Below are positions 1 to 9,681 of a DNA stretch of 64,000 bases, piece after piece. Numbering within the stretch: the first letter of the stretch is position 1; every line of letters begins with the position of its first letter. The notes below the pieces were generated by a model. It had not been told where the DNA came from and did no database searches. It worked only from the letters and a program-made list of their open reading frames with translations. The position numbers and the translations under genes were made by a program. Location of the stretch: NCBI GenBank assembly GCA_964651815.1, contig CAZYWG010000002.1, forward strand, positions 92,522 to 156,521, given 5' to 3'. This DNA is from an uncultured Gammaproteobacteria bacterium. GTDB taxonomy: Bacteria; Patescibacteriota; Microgenomatia; Levybacterales; GWA1-39-11.

Positions 1-918
1 CAGCCGTGGGTTAAGTTCTATGACATAATAGTCAAGATTTGAACCATTCTTTGGATTAGGATTTAGTGCAAATTGCACGTTGCATTCACCAATTACGTCA
101 AGGCTTCTTACAATTTGAATTGCAATAGAACGGAGCGCGTGATATTCAAAATTATTCAAAGTCTGGCTTGGCGCAATAACAATAGATTCTCCCGTATGGA
201 TCCCGAGTGGATCCATATTTTCCATATTACAAACTGTTATGCAATTGTCATAATTATCTCTGACCACTTCATATTCAACCTCTTTATAATGATGTAAATA
301 TTTCTCAATTAGAATTTGGGATACAAAAGAAAATGCTTTTGTTGTAATTTCTTTTAATTCCGAAGAGTTATGAGCAATTCCGGAACCTTGGCCTCCAAGG
401 GCAAACCCAGAACGAATCATAACCGGATATTTGAGTTTTTCGGCAACTCTAAGCGCTTCTTTTTGACTCGTTGCCGTTGCGCTTTCCGGTGTTGCAATTT
501 TGAGCTTCCTCAAATGGTTCGCAAATTTTTGTCTATCTTCTGCGATATCAATTGTTGAAACTGAACTCCCAAGAACCACAACTCCATATTTTTTAAGAAC
601 TCCGCGGCGTGAAAGTGCCAAACCGCAATTTAGCGCCGTTTGTCCGCCGAATGAAAGTAGTATTCCATCAGGTTTTTCTTTTGCAATTATTTTCTCAACA
701 AAATAATCATTCACCGGTAGGAAGTAGACCGTATCTGCCAAATATTCGGACGTCTGGATTGTTGCAATATTGGGATTAACCAAGACTATTTTAATACCCT
801 CTTCTTTCAGTGCTTTTATTGCTTGGGAGCCGGAATAATCAAACTCACCTGCCTCACCTATCTTAAGAGCTCCCGAACCGAGAACCAGTACTTTTTTGAA
901 TTTAGTATTATGAACCAT
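1..918 (-). CDS. carB: Carbamoyl-phosphate synthase large subunit, N-terminal ~306 aa; runs off the window edge and is not in the ORF track
   Basis: Reverse-strand translation from ATG (cat at 916-918) gives MVHNTKFKKVLVLGSGALKIGEAGEFDYSGSQAIKALKEEGIKIVLVNPNIATIQTSEYLADTVYF..., the classic CarB N-terminal ATP-grasp signature. It lies directly downstream of carA on the same strand. Confidence 0.85.
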   Translation of the reverse strand, partial: MVHNTKFKKVLVLGSGALKIGEAGEFDYSGSQAIKALKEEGIKIVLVNPNIATIQTSEYLADTVYFLPVNDYFVEKIIAKEKPDGILLSFGGQTALNCGLALSRRGVLKKYGVVVLGSSVSTIDIAEDRQKFANHLRKLKIATPESATATSQKEALRVAEKLKYPVMIRSGFALGGQGSGIAHNSSELKEITTKAFSFVSQILIEKYLHHYKEVEYEVVRDNYDNCITVCNMENMDPLGIHTGESIVIAPSQTLNNFEYHALRSIAIQIVRSLDVIGECNVQFALNPNPKNGSNLDYYVIELNPRL

Positions 919-967
919 GAATCAAGAATTATAGTTTGCATTTTTTTGCTCCCCTAATTCTTAATGC

Positions 968-2026
968 CTAATTCCTAATTTTTTTGACTTTTTCAAGGAA
1001 ATAATCAAATATCCACTCAGTATCCGTTGGCCCTGGACACGCTTCAGGATGAAATTGCGCCGACATAAACGGAAGGCTTTCATGAATGATCCCTTCATTT
1101 GTCCCGTCATTCGCGTTTGTAAACCATGGGACAAAACCCTGCGGAATTTTAGAAACTGCAAACCCGTGATTTTGAGTTGTGATAAAACAACGATTTGAAG
1201 ACTCCATAAGACATGGCTGGTTTTGGCTTCTGTGTCCGAATTTTAGCTTTTGTGTATCTCCACCTGCTGCTAGTGTAAGCAATTGATTTCCAAGACAGAT
1301 TCCAAGGGTCGGGATTTTTTTTGCGAGCGCTCTTTCTATATTTCTTATTGTTTTTGTGGCCATTTTGGGGTCTCCCGGACCATTAGATATAAGTATGCCA
1401 TCGAATTTCTCTGATTTTGAACCATTGAAAGGATCATAATCCCATGGCACAGTTATTACATTTACATCCCTTTTAACGAGCGCTCTTTCTATATTTCTTT
1501 TTGCTCCACAATCAATTAAAAGTATTGTTTTAGAGTTATGGTTTTTCCCTAAACGAGTAATTTTTTTGGTTGAAACTTGCGCTACTAAATTATCAAGATT
1601 TGGATCATAAAATTCTACGTCACGGTCTAAAATAATTTTGCCCAACATCGCTCCTTTTGTCCTAATTTTCTGGGTTAAAAAACGCGTGTCGCGGATCTGA
1701 AGCAAGGGTATATTTTCACTTTTAAACCAAGAAGACAGCGTTTTTTGGCTTTGAAAATGAGAGGGTGTATCAATATATGAAGAAACAATTAAGCCCGATA
1801 CCATAATGTTGTCAGACTCCCAAAATTCTTTGTTTGGAATGCCATAATTACCGATAAGTGGATAAGTAAAAATTAAAATCTGTCCTTTATATGATGGATC
1901 TGTTAAGCTTTCCGGATACCCCATCATTCCAGTTGAAAATACTACTTCTCCTGCAACCGATTTGTTACCACCAAATGACTCACCCTCAAATTTTGTGCCA
2001 TCATCTAATATTAATTTTCCGTTCAT
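968..2026 (-). CDS. carA: Carbamoyl-phosphate synthase small subunit (glutamine amidotransferase). Start taken at the internal Met (MNGKLILDDGTKFEG...); the ORF track starts 21 nt upstream at 2047.
   Basis: Carries the CarA N-domain and a class-I GATase triad region (LGICLGNQLL, HNHGFAV). The carA-carB order is conserved. Confidence 0.85.
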   Translation of the reverse strand: MNGKLILDDGTKFEGESFGGNKSVAGEVVFSTGMMGYPESLTDPSYKGQILIFTYPLIGNYGIPNKEFWESDNIMVSGLIVSSYIDTPSHFQSQKTLSSWFKSENIPLLQIRDTRFLTQKIRTKGAMLGKIILDRDVEFYDPNLDNLVAQVSTKKITRLGKNHNSKTILLIDCGAKRNIERALVKRDVNVITVPWDYDPFNGSKSEKFDGILISNGPGDPKMATKTIRNIERALAKKIPTLGICLGNQLLTLAAGGDTQKLKFGHRSQNQPCLMESSNRCFITTQNHGFAVSKIPQGFVPWFTNANDGTNEGIIHESLPFMSAQFHPEACPGPTDTEWIFDYFLEKVKKIRN

Positions 2027-2050
2027 TATCTTGCGTCCCCGATTCAATCG

Positions 2051-2078
2051 ATGTAAAAAAAAAGCGCCGAAGCGCTTG
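2051..2078 (-). terminator. Hairpin (AAGCGC-cgaa-GCGCTT) followed on the minus strand by 9 U's, immediately 5' of carA. Either a terminator or an attenuator-like element.
   Basis: Read directly from the sequence: plus-strand aaaaaaaaaGCGCcgaaGCGCttg. On the minus strand this is a stem-loop followed by U9. Confidence 0.4.
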
Positions 2079-2324
2079 TAATCTAATCTAAGTTTTTATT
2101 TTTAACAATTTCAAAATCTCTCTGCATATAATCTGTTATCCAGCTTTTGCCCAAAAAAAACCAGAAGTTTTTTTACCTTCTGGGATTATAATTTAACAAA
2201 AAAGTGTGTCTAGGTCAAGTATCTAAATATTTACGAGTGCAAAAGTGATCTAGATTTAGTTAATATGCGTTCTTGATTTTTATATGATTACACGATTATA
2301 GTATGTATATATAACGATAATTAT

Positions 2325-4730
2325 ATGCAGGAAGCATACAAGTATCTTAGAAGCTTCAACAGGCAGGATATAATACGAATATTAATTATTGGTGTTATTT
2401 ACTATGTTACAGGTAAATTTGGATTAAAATTTGCCTTTGTTAATCCTAGCGCCACGGCAATTTGGGCTCCCACAGGAATTGCAATTGCTTCAATATTACT
2501 CTATGGGAAAAAAATGTGGCCTGCAGTTTTTTTAGGGGCATTATTCACAAATCTCACAACGGCTGGGACAATTGGAACTTCAGTTGGAATTGCTATAGGA
2601 AATACACTTGAAGGGGTTGCAGGCGCATATTTAATAAAAAAGTACGCAAACGGCATAAAATCATACGAGAAAGTTCGCGATGTTTTTAGCGCAACCCTTT
2701 TTTCTTTCGTTGCAACAACAATTAGCGCAACTATTGGCGCGACGACTCTATTAGTAGCAGGCCTGAATAGCCTTAACAACTATGCCTCTGTTTGGACAAC
2801 TTGGTGGTTAGGGGACGCAGCTGGTGCTGTACTTATTACACCTCTTGTTGTTCTTTGGGCAACTTCCGTGTTTTCTTGGAAACTAAAAAGAGTAATTGAA
2901 GCTTTGTTTTTACTTATTATGCTTTTGTTTATAAGCCAAGTAGTTTTCTTGGGCAACTTTCATTATACATATCTTGCTATTCCAATTCTATTGTGGGCGG
3001 CAATTAGGTTTGGGCCAAGAGAGGCTTCCACTGCAATTTTTTTTGTTGCAGCAATCGCAACAGTTAGCACATTGTCCCATGTTGGTCCATTTATTACTGA
3101 CGGGAAAACTCTTGATCGTGCGTTGATTCTTCTTCAGATGTATATGGGAACAATTAGCATCATGACGATGATGGTTGCTGCTGTTGTTTTTGAGAGAAGA
3201 AAGAATCAGGAAGAACTTACTGGCAGCCAAAAAAGGTTCAAAGCATTAATTGAAAAAGGTTCTGATGGAATAGTCCTTTTGGATAAACAAGCAACAATTC
3301 TTTATGCTGGACCTTCAACAGAACACGTTTTTGGATATAAACCTGAAGAAGTTGTTGGCAGGAATTCGTTTGAATATATCTATTCCGGCGACAGAGAGTA
3401 CACCATGAAAGTTTTATCGGGTTTATTGCAGAAAAAGCCTGGAGAAAGTGTAAGTGCGGAATATAGGATAGTGAAAAAAGACGGCTCACTTTCCTGGATG
3501 GAAGGGATTGCAACAAATTTACTTACTGATCCAAATGTTAGTGCAGTGGTTATCAATCTGCGCGATATTAATGAACGAAAACTAATTGAACAAACGGTTG
3601 ACCAGGAAAAGGCAGAAGATGAAGCTCTTCTTGCAAGTATTGGCGACGGAATAGTTGCAACAGATAAGGATGAAAAAATTACATTGGTAAACAAAGCCTT
3701 TGAAGAAATGCTCGGCTGGCGTGAAAAAGAAGCGGTTGGGAAAAGAACAATTGAAATTTTGAAAATGCAAGATGATTCCGGCGATAAGATTGCTAAAACT
3801 GAAAGGCCACTCCAAATGGCTATTGCAAAAAAAAGAAAAATCACAGCAACGCATTATTTAATCAGAAAAGATAATACTCGATTCCCCGCCTTAATTGTTG
3901 CAACTCCAATAATACTTGATGGTCAAATAGTCGGTGGGATTAAAGTTTTTCATGACGTGACTCGAGAAAAAGAAATTGATCAAGCAAAAACCGAATTTGT
4001 CTCACTTGCTTCCCACCAGCTTAGAACTCCTCTTACAATAATAAACTGGAGTATTGAAATGTTGACAAAAAAAACTACGGGGACACTTAATCCGAAACAA
4101 AAAAAATACGTTTCAGAAGTTTATAAAGCAAGTAAAAGGATGGTTGACTTAACCAATTCACTTCTTACAATATCACGTCTTGAGCTTGGAAAAATAACTG
4201 TTGAAAATGAGAAGATAGATCTAATACTTTCCGTAAAACAAGCAATTGCAGAACTTAGTTTACAAATAAAACAGAAGGAATTACACGTTAAAGAAAATTA
4301 TTCTCTAGATAAAAAAACAAACACTATGCTTGAATCTGACCCAAAACTTTTGAATATGGTCTTTCAAAATATAATTTCAAATGCTGTAAAATATACTCCT
4401 CCAAAAGGTAACATTAGTATTGAAGTTTCAAAGGAAAAAGATAATAAGCACTTCAGTGTAGAAATCGGTGACAATGGGTACGGTATTCCAAAAAGCGAAC
4501 AGGACAAAATCTTTTCAAAACTTTTTCGTGCCTCAAACATTCAGGAATATGATCAGCAGGGAACGGGACTCGGGTTGTATATTGTAAAAGCTGTTGTTGA
4601 TCGCTTGGGAGGAAGCGTCAATTTTAAATCAGAAGAAAAAAAAGGGACTACTTTCTTCATAAAACTCCCGTTTAAAAGTCCTAAAAATAAAAAAAATGAT
4701 ATTGCAAAAACTCCATCTACAAGAATATAA
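2325..4730 (+). CDS. Sensor histidine kinase: N-terminal polytopic membrane domain (MASE1-like), two PAS domains, HisKA and HATPase_c
   Basis: About 8 TM segments in the first ~290 aa. The H-box is SHQLRTPLT, with N/G boxes (GDNGYGIP, GTGLGLYIVK). Confidence 0.8.
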   Translation: MQEAYKYLRSFNRQDIIRILIIGVIYYVTGKFGLKFAFVNPSATAIWAPTGIAIASILLYGKKMWPAVFLGALFTNLTTAGTIGTSVGIAIGNTLEGVAGAYLIKKYANGIKSYEKVRDVFSATLFSFVATTISATIGATTLLVAGLNSLNNYASVWTTWWLGDAAGAVLITPLVVLWATSVFSWKLKRVIEALFLLIMLLFISQVVFLGNFHYTYLAIPILLWAAIRFGPREASTAIFFVAAIATVSTLSHVGPFITDGKTLDRALILLQMYMGTISIMTMMVAAVVFERRKNQEELTGSQKRFKALIEKGSDGIVLLDKQATILYAGPSTEHVFGYKPEEVVGRNSFEYIYSGDREYTMKVLSGLLQKKPGESVSAEYRIVKKDGSLSWMEGIATNLLTDPNVSAVVINLRDINERKLIEQTVDQEKAEDEALLASIGDGIVATDKDEKITLVNKAFEEMLGWREKEAVGKRTIEILKMQDDSGDKIAKTERPLQMAIAKKRKITATHYLIRKDNTRFPALIVATPIILDGQIVGGIKVFHDVTREKEIDQAKTEFVSLASHQLRTPLTIINWSIEMLTKKTTGTLNPKQKKYVSEVYKASKRMVDLTNSLLTISRLELGKITVENEKIDLILSVKQAIAELSLQIKQKELHVKENYSLDKKTNTMLESDPKLLNMVFQNIISNAVKYTPPKGNISIEVSKEKDNKHFSVEIGDNGYGIPKSEQDKIFSKLFRASNIQEYDQQGTGLGLYIVKAVVDRLGGSVNFKSEEKKGTTFFIKLPFKSPKNKKNDIAKTPSTRI

Positions 4731-4744
4731 TGTAAGAATAGATT

Positions 4745-5152
4745 ATGGAAGAAGAGAAGAGAAAAATTCTTATCATAGAAGATGAAACCTCTGTCGCCGA
4801 TGCGTTGAAAGATGCATTATCCGTTTTAAATCTCCAAACATTTGAGGCAAAAGATGGAGAATCCGGATTCAAAATCGCATTAAGAGAACATCCGGACCTC
4901 ATTTTACTTGATATTCTTATGCCAAAAGTTGACGGTATAACAGTGCTCAGACAACTGAGAGCTGATGCATGGGGGAAAACAGTCCCGATTATAATCTTAA
5001 CCAATGTTAGTCCAGATAGCGATGCTGCTATAAACGCCGTCGTTGAAAATCAACCGGCTTTTTATTTAATAAAATCTGATATTAAGCTCGAAGACGTCGT
5101 TGAGAAAATTAAGCAAGTTTTGAATCTAGACAAAAACTCGGATAAGAATTAA
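4745..5152 (+). CDS. Stand-alone response-regulator receiver domain (CheY-like), with no output domain
   Basis: ILIIEDE...DLILLDILMP...K motifs; 135 aa; sits immediately downstream of the kinase. Confidence 0.8.
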   Translation: MEEEKRKILIIEDETSVADALKDALSVLNLQTFEAKDGESGFKIALREHPDLILLDILMPKVDGITVLRQLRADAWGKTVPIIILTNVSPDSDAAINAVVENQPAFYLIKSDIKLEDVVEKIKQVLNLDKNSDKN

Positions 5153-5211
5153 GAGCCCTGATTATTTTCCTCGGACTAAATGTAAAGGCCCGTTTGAAGA
5201 AGCTCCTAGTG

Positions 5212-6420
5212 TTACTCTATGAAGGTTAAGGCAACACCTCGTTTGCCAGCTCGCCCGGTCCGCCCTATTCTATGAATATAGTCGTCATAAGAAGTTGGGG
5301 CATCATAATTTATTACATGGGTAACATCTTCAATATCAAGACCGCGAGATGCAACATCAGTTGCAATTAGAATCTGTAGCGCATCACTTTTGAAATCCTC
5401 CAATGCGCGTTGGCGTTGGTTTTGTGATTTGTTACCGTGAATTGCAGCTGCCCTAAATCCCCGTTCAACTAAAGATCGCGATAGTTTTTCCATACCCCAC
5501 TTTGTCCGCCCAAAAATTAAAACCTTGTCAAACCCTGGCTGAATTAAAAGATCATGGAGCACATCTATTTTTTGCCTATTACCAGTAAGCTCAATTACAT
5601 CCTGGTCTATGTTTTCTGCGGTATCTTGCTGTTTTACTGAAACGGTTATGGGATCTTTTACAAAAGCTCGCAGAATATCTTGCGTTTTTCCATCAACTGT
5701 GGCGGAAAAGAAAAGCGATTGGCGGATTCTAGGAAGAAGCGAGATAAGATATTGTATATCCTTTATAAATCCTATATCAACCATGCGGTCCACTTCATCA
5801 AGAACTACATTTTGGAAAAGCATCAAATTCAGTTCTCTTCTTTCAATAAGATCTTTAAGTCTTCCTGGAGTACCTATAACAAAATTGGGCTTATGGCGCA
5901 GGGCATATGTTTGACGTCTCATATTCATACCACCAATGGCTGCTATGCATTCAAGATCTGTACCTTTTGCAAAAATCCTAAATTCATCGGCAATTTGTGT
6001 CGCGAGCTCTCGAGTAGGAACAACTATTAATACTCTTTGGTTACGGTCTAAGTAAGACTTGTTGATTAATGTAATTAGAAATGCTGCGGTTTTCCCGGTA
6101 CCTGTATTTGCAATACCAATAATATCCCGGCCGGCAAGAATTTGTGGAATGGTTTTTTCTTGAATTGCCGTAGGAACTGAATATCCGTGGTCTTGAATAT
6201 TTCTTTTCAGCTTATCTGAAATGTTATATTGCGAAAATTGCACGCCTGAAGTGCTTTCTACAACTTGCGCACTTTGCACTTTTGCCTTTTTAATGAACAG
6301 GTTTGGATTAAGCGCTTTAGGTTGCTTTACGCGGCCTCTCTGAAAGCTTCGTCCACCACTTGCACTAAAATTATTACCACTTCTATTATGGCTGCGATCC
6401 CTTTGGTTTGAATAGTACAT
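5212..6420 (-). CDS. DEAD-box ATP-dependent RNA helicase (DEVD variant of motif II) with an N-terminal Arg/Gly-rich extension
   Basis: Q-motif, GTGKTAAF (motif I), DEVDRM (II), SAT (III), HRIGRTGRAG (VI). The N-terminus reads RDRSHNRSGNNFSASGGRSFQRGR. Confidence 0.85.
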   Translation of the reverse strand: MYYSNQRDRSHNRSGNNFSASGGRSFQRGRVKQPKALNPNLFIKKAKVQSAQVVESTSGVQFSQYNISDKLKRNIQDHGYSVPTAIQEKTIPQILAGRDIIGIANTGTGKTAAFLITLINKSYLDRNQRVLIVVPTRELATQIADEFRIFAKGTDLECIAAIGGMNMRRQTYALRHKPNFVIGTPGRLKDLIERRELNLMLFQNVVLDEVDRMVDIGFIKDIQYLISLLPRIRQSLFFSATVDGKTQDILRAFVKDPITVSVKQQDTAENIDQDVIELTGNRQKIDVLHDLLIQPGFDKVLIFGRTKWGMEKLSRSLVERGFRAAAIHGNKSQNQRQRALEDFKSDALQILIATDVASRGLDIEDVTHVINYDAPTSYDDYIHRIGRTGRAGKRGVALTFIE

Positions 6421-6426
6421 ATTTTT

Positions 6427-6684
6427 TTATCTCTCAACTTGAGGCTTAGCCTCTTTTACTGCAATTGAGCGTCCGTTAAGTTGTGTACCGTTTAATTTAT
6501 CCAAAGCTACTTTTGCCTCTTCTGGAGTTGCCATTTCAACAAAACCAAAACCTTTCCCTTGACCTGTCATTCTATCAACAATAACTTTTGCTGATAACAC
6601 TTTACCTATTTTTGCAAAACATTCTTCTAGCTGTGAATCTGTAGTTGAATAATCAAGACTACCTATAAATAATTTATTTGTCAT
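6427..6684 (-). CDS. Small RRM-type RNA-binding protein
   Basis: RNP-2 LFIGSL and RNP-1 KGFGFVEM. A GGAGGA Shine-Dalgarno sits upstream. It is 6 nt upstream of the helicase gene on the same strand. Confidence 0.8.
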   Translation of the reverse strand: MTNKLFIGSLDYSTTDSQLEECFAKIGKVLSAKVIVDRMTGQGKGFGFVEMATPEEAKVALDKLNGTQLNGRSIAVKEAKPQVER

Positions 6685-6950
6685 TTACTTTTCCTCCTCT
6701 CTTTAAGATTTATCAATAATATACAAATATGTCTGCTCAAAAGTGAAGTGGTTTTATTTTAGGAAGAAGATACGGAGTCGAAAACTTGAGGTATCTTTTA
6801 TCTTTTGAAAAAACTAAATCAAAGTGTAAGCAGATGTATTCGTGTATTATCTACAATTATACAATCTGCAATTAATGTATATTATACCACTTTCCGGTCA
6901 AATAGCAAACTATAGGGCACCATAAGACATATTCCTTACCAAATGATCTT

Positions 6951-7319
6951 TTATATGAGCTCTTTGTGCCTAGAGACGAATTGTGCTGTTGTCCCCGATA
7001 GATAAAGCTTTTCCAGTTCTTTAAGAGTAAAAAAATCAAGCAACTGCCCTTCTGACCGCTGTATTTGATTTACGTTGTCATCTGTAAGCCTGGCATGATA
7101 ACAATATTCTGAAACAAGCTCAATTTTTTCAATTTTTATACCCATCTCCTTCTTAACCCGTCTCGCCATAGCGTTTTCAAAAGATTCTTTTTTTTCTTTA
7201 ACGCCGTCTATAAAACTCCATGGGTGATTTTCGCGGTCTATAGGACCATTGCTTTTGTACATAAGAAGCGCTTTCCCTTTATATGTTAATAGAATTGACC
7301 ATCTGGAATTATTGTCCAT
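6951..7319 (-). CDS. NUDIX-like hydrolase with a degenerate Nudix box
   Basis: GVKEKKESFENAMARRVKKEMGI fits GX5EX7R..E.GU, but two of the three catalytic Glu are replaced (REUXEE reads RRVKKE). Confidence 0.45.
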   Translation of the reverse strand: MDNNSRWSILLTYKGKALLMYKSNGPIDRENHPWSFIDGVKEKKESFENAMARRVKKEMGIKIEKIELVSEYCYHARLTDDNVNQIQRSEGQLLDFFTLKELEKLYLSGTTAQFVSRHKELI

Positions 7320-7363
7320 GATTATATTATAGTCCTATTTTATGTAAAAAGGTGATGGATTTA

Positions 7364-8464
7364 TCAATCGATTTTAGCGAAGCTACGGCCTACTATCCAC
7401 CAAAACCCAAGAAGGGTTACAACGCTTGCGGGATTAAAAGATAACATAATTATTAATCCCGATAAAACAATAAGCTCGAATTTTTTCAGTTTTTTGTAAA
7501 AATTTTGTATTGTAATAAAAATTGTACACAATAGTAGACTGAGCCCCGCGATTCCTCCTTGTACCCACCAATCAAAGAGCAAGTTATGTGCCGAGTCAAC
7601 GTAATACCCTATCAACATGTTATGAGTCGCTAGAGACGTCTTTCTGAGCTGAATTTCGGTGTTTCCAAAGCCTGCACCAAGCAATGGATGTTCAAACCCT
7701 GAAACTAACGCAGTCTTCCAAACATCAACTCTGTTTTCGTAAAGATTATTGGAAAATACCGGTAGAAAATAAACTAAAACAATACAAAAAGTGATGATTA
7801 AAATGACATTTTTGAGCGCGATTTTTGTCCGGAAAGCTAGGAAATAAAATAAAGCTTCTATTGTTAACGCTAAAAACCCTGATTTTGAACCGGATAATAA
7901 AATAATTATAAAAGCGGCTATAAAACTGAGGATCCTAACAAGTTTCTGAAGTTTTTTTGAATTATAATCAACAAAGAAAATAAAAGGCAATAAGAATACT
8001 ATAAATGCAGCAAGTGCATTAGGCTCTCCAAGGGTCGCAACGGCGCGGGCATTTGGATTTCCTAAAATTAGGCTCGAAACAAAAATTACAAAAAGCATTA
8101 TTAAGTACCAAAACTCACGGACTTTTGGAAATTTTATTTTTGAAGCAATTAGTGAAAGGGCTAATAGGTGCCAAAGCAGAAATACTCCCTGCATTCGGAA
8201 AGCATTGCCAAAAAATGTGATGGGGGTTAACAAGAATAACAAGTGCCAAAATGAAAGAAGGAATATTAATCCTGCAAGAAAAACCTGTTTTTTGTCGAGT
8301 GAAACGAAAAAGTTAATTCCTTTTTGAAGAAGTAAAGTCATTATCAAAAAATCGATTAGGATTTCCGAAAAAATAACTTTTGGGGGTTCAAATTGGGCAT
8401 TACCAAATGGAAAAATTACAAATGGGGTTATAAATAGGAGAATAAAAACAAAAAAGCTTGCCAT
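7364..8464 (-). CDS. Polytopic membrane protein of the O-antigen ligase / Wzy_C-like family
   Basis: About 10 TM helices plus an SAHN..L...W.QGG.AG motif typical of O-antigen ligase/polymerase proteins. Confidence 0.55.
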   Translation of the reverse strand: MASFFVFILLFITPFVIFPFGNAQFEPPKVIFSEILIDFLIMTLLLQKGINFFVSLDKKQVFLAGLIFLLSFWHLLFLLTPITFFGNAFRMQGVFLLWHLLALSLIASKIKFPKVREFWYLIMLFVIFVSSLILGNPNARAVATLGEPNALAAFIVFLLPFIFFVDYNSKKLQKLVRILSFIAAFIIILLSGSKSGFLALTIEALFYFLAFRTKIALKNVILIITFCIVLVYFLPVFSNNLYENRVDVWKTALVSGFEHPLLGAGFGNTEIQLRKTSLATHNMLIGYYVDSAHNLLFDWWVQGGIAGLSLLLCTIFITIQNFYKKLKKFELIVLSGLIIMLSFNPASVVTLLGFWWIVGRSFAKID

Positions 8465-8508
8465 GCTTTATTATAACGCGTTGTTGAAATCTCTCGAAAT
8501 TAGTGGAT

Positions 8509-9060
8509 TTATAGTAAGTGTTTTAGGAATCCGAATATCTTACCGAAGAATGTTCCAATAGTTGAGAGAGGCGAAATTCCGCTTTGAAGTGTAGGGTTTG
8601 CCGAAGTTATTGGAGTAACAGTTGGTGAAGGAGAAGCGCTTGGGGTTGGCGATTCATCTATGTCTTTTTTGCCAACATCGCTCTTTGCTGCTTCTGAAAC
8701 TATCTTCCCGCCTTGGTGTAAGTGTGCGACACAAGAAACGTATTCTCCGTGATTTTTCCAGTGAGCACTAGGGTCACATGGAATTCCTACGGCAGCCGGA
8801 CTAACGGATGGCGAGACAGTAGGAGAAATGGTTGAACCCTCCTGATTTAAATCCTCAGTTACTGTTTGTGTGGGAGATGGTGTGACTGTATTTTCGTCAT
8901 TTACATTAACATTCTCGTTATTATCATTTGTTTGATTATTATGTACATCTGATTTTCCATTGCTGTGAATGCTTCCATTATCAACCGTTGGTTTTGCTGC
9001 AAATGCCGGGGCTACAAGTAGAGTAAGTAATGCCGCTGCAATTATTAATTCTTTTTTCAT
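8509..9060 (-). CDS. Secreted low-complexity (N/T/S/P-rich) protein with a signal peptide
   Basis: MKKELIIAAALLTLLVAPAFAA signal peptide, with T/S/P-rich repeats. Confidence 0.5.
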   Translation of the reverse strand: MKKELIIAAALLTLLVAPAFAAKPTVDNGSIHSNGKSDVHNNQTNDNNENVNVNDENTVTPSPTQTVTEDLNQEGSTISPTVSPSVSPAAVGIPCDPSAHWKNHGEYVSCVAHLHQGGKIVSEAAKSDVGKKDIDESPTPSASPSPTVTPITSANPTLQSGISPLSTIGTFFGKIFGFLKHLL

Positions 9061-9138
9061 GCTCTAAGTATTAGAACGGATGATAATCCAAAATGTTACA
9101 AACTCAGTTGTTGAACGTTCTAATGTATAGGTGATACA

Positions 9139-9681
9139 ATGTGCCCTCTGATGGGAGAAGATACTGAAAAGCTCATCGATAAGGCAAAAAACGGAGATAA
9201 AAGTGCATTTGGAATTATATATAAAGAATATTATCAACGTATATATAGGTATTGCAGGATAAATCTTTATAGTAAGGTTGCCGCGGAGGATGTTTGCCAA
9301 GATGTTTTTATAAAAGCGTGGAAAGCTCTACCAGGATTCACTTTAAAAAATGGGGGGACTTTACAGGCGTTTTTATTTAGAATTGCGCGCAATTTAATAA
9401 TTGACATTTCAAGAAAGAAAAAGGAAGTTTCAATAGATGAAGCGCTTGAAATACCAACCGATGAAGATTTAATTGAAGACCTTTCAAAAAAAACAGAAAT
9501 TGAGCAAGTTAAGAAGGCATTTGAAAAGCTAGAAGATCGCGATAGACAAATAATATTTTTGAGATATTTTGAGGATTTAAGCCATTCGGAAGTGGCAAAA
9601 ATTATTGGAATTCGCGAAGGAGCATTAAGGGTCAGAACAATTAGGTTACTCAAAAAGTTAAAAACAATAATTGAAATATGA
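9139..9681 (+). CDS. ECF-type RNA polymerase sigma-70 factor
   Basis: Sigma-70 region 2 (YQRIYRYCR...DVCQDVFIKAWK) and a region 4 helix-turn-helix (LSHSEVAKIIGIREGALRVRTIRLLKKLK). Confidence 0.8.
   Translation: MCPLMGEDTEKLIDKAKNGDKSAFGIIYKEYYQRIYRYCRINLYSKVAAEDVCQDVFIKAWKALPGFTLKNGGTLQAFLFRIARNLIIDISRKKKEVSIDEALEIPTDEDLIEDLSKKTEIEQVKKAFEKLEDRDRQIIFLRYFEDLSHSEVAKIIGIREGALRVRTIRLLKKLKTIIEI

Noticed and set aside
2160-2200. PyrR-binding-like motif (UCCCAGAAGG) in the carA leader
   Set aside because: It does not match the ARUCCNGNGAGG consensus when aligned base by base.
9064-9300. Numerous antisense or overlapping ORFs in the track (e.g. 9064-9300, 2501-2779, 3380-3844, 13528-13893, 21287-21565, 23300-23725, 59103-59645)
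   Set aside because: All lie inside or antisense to well-supported conserved genes, with low-complexity translations. Treated as spurious.
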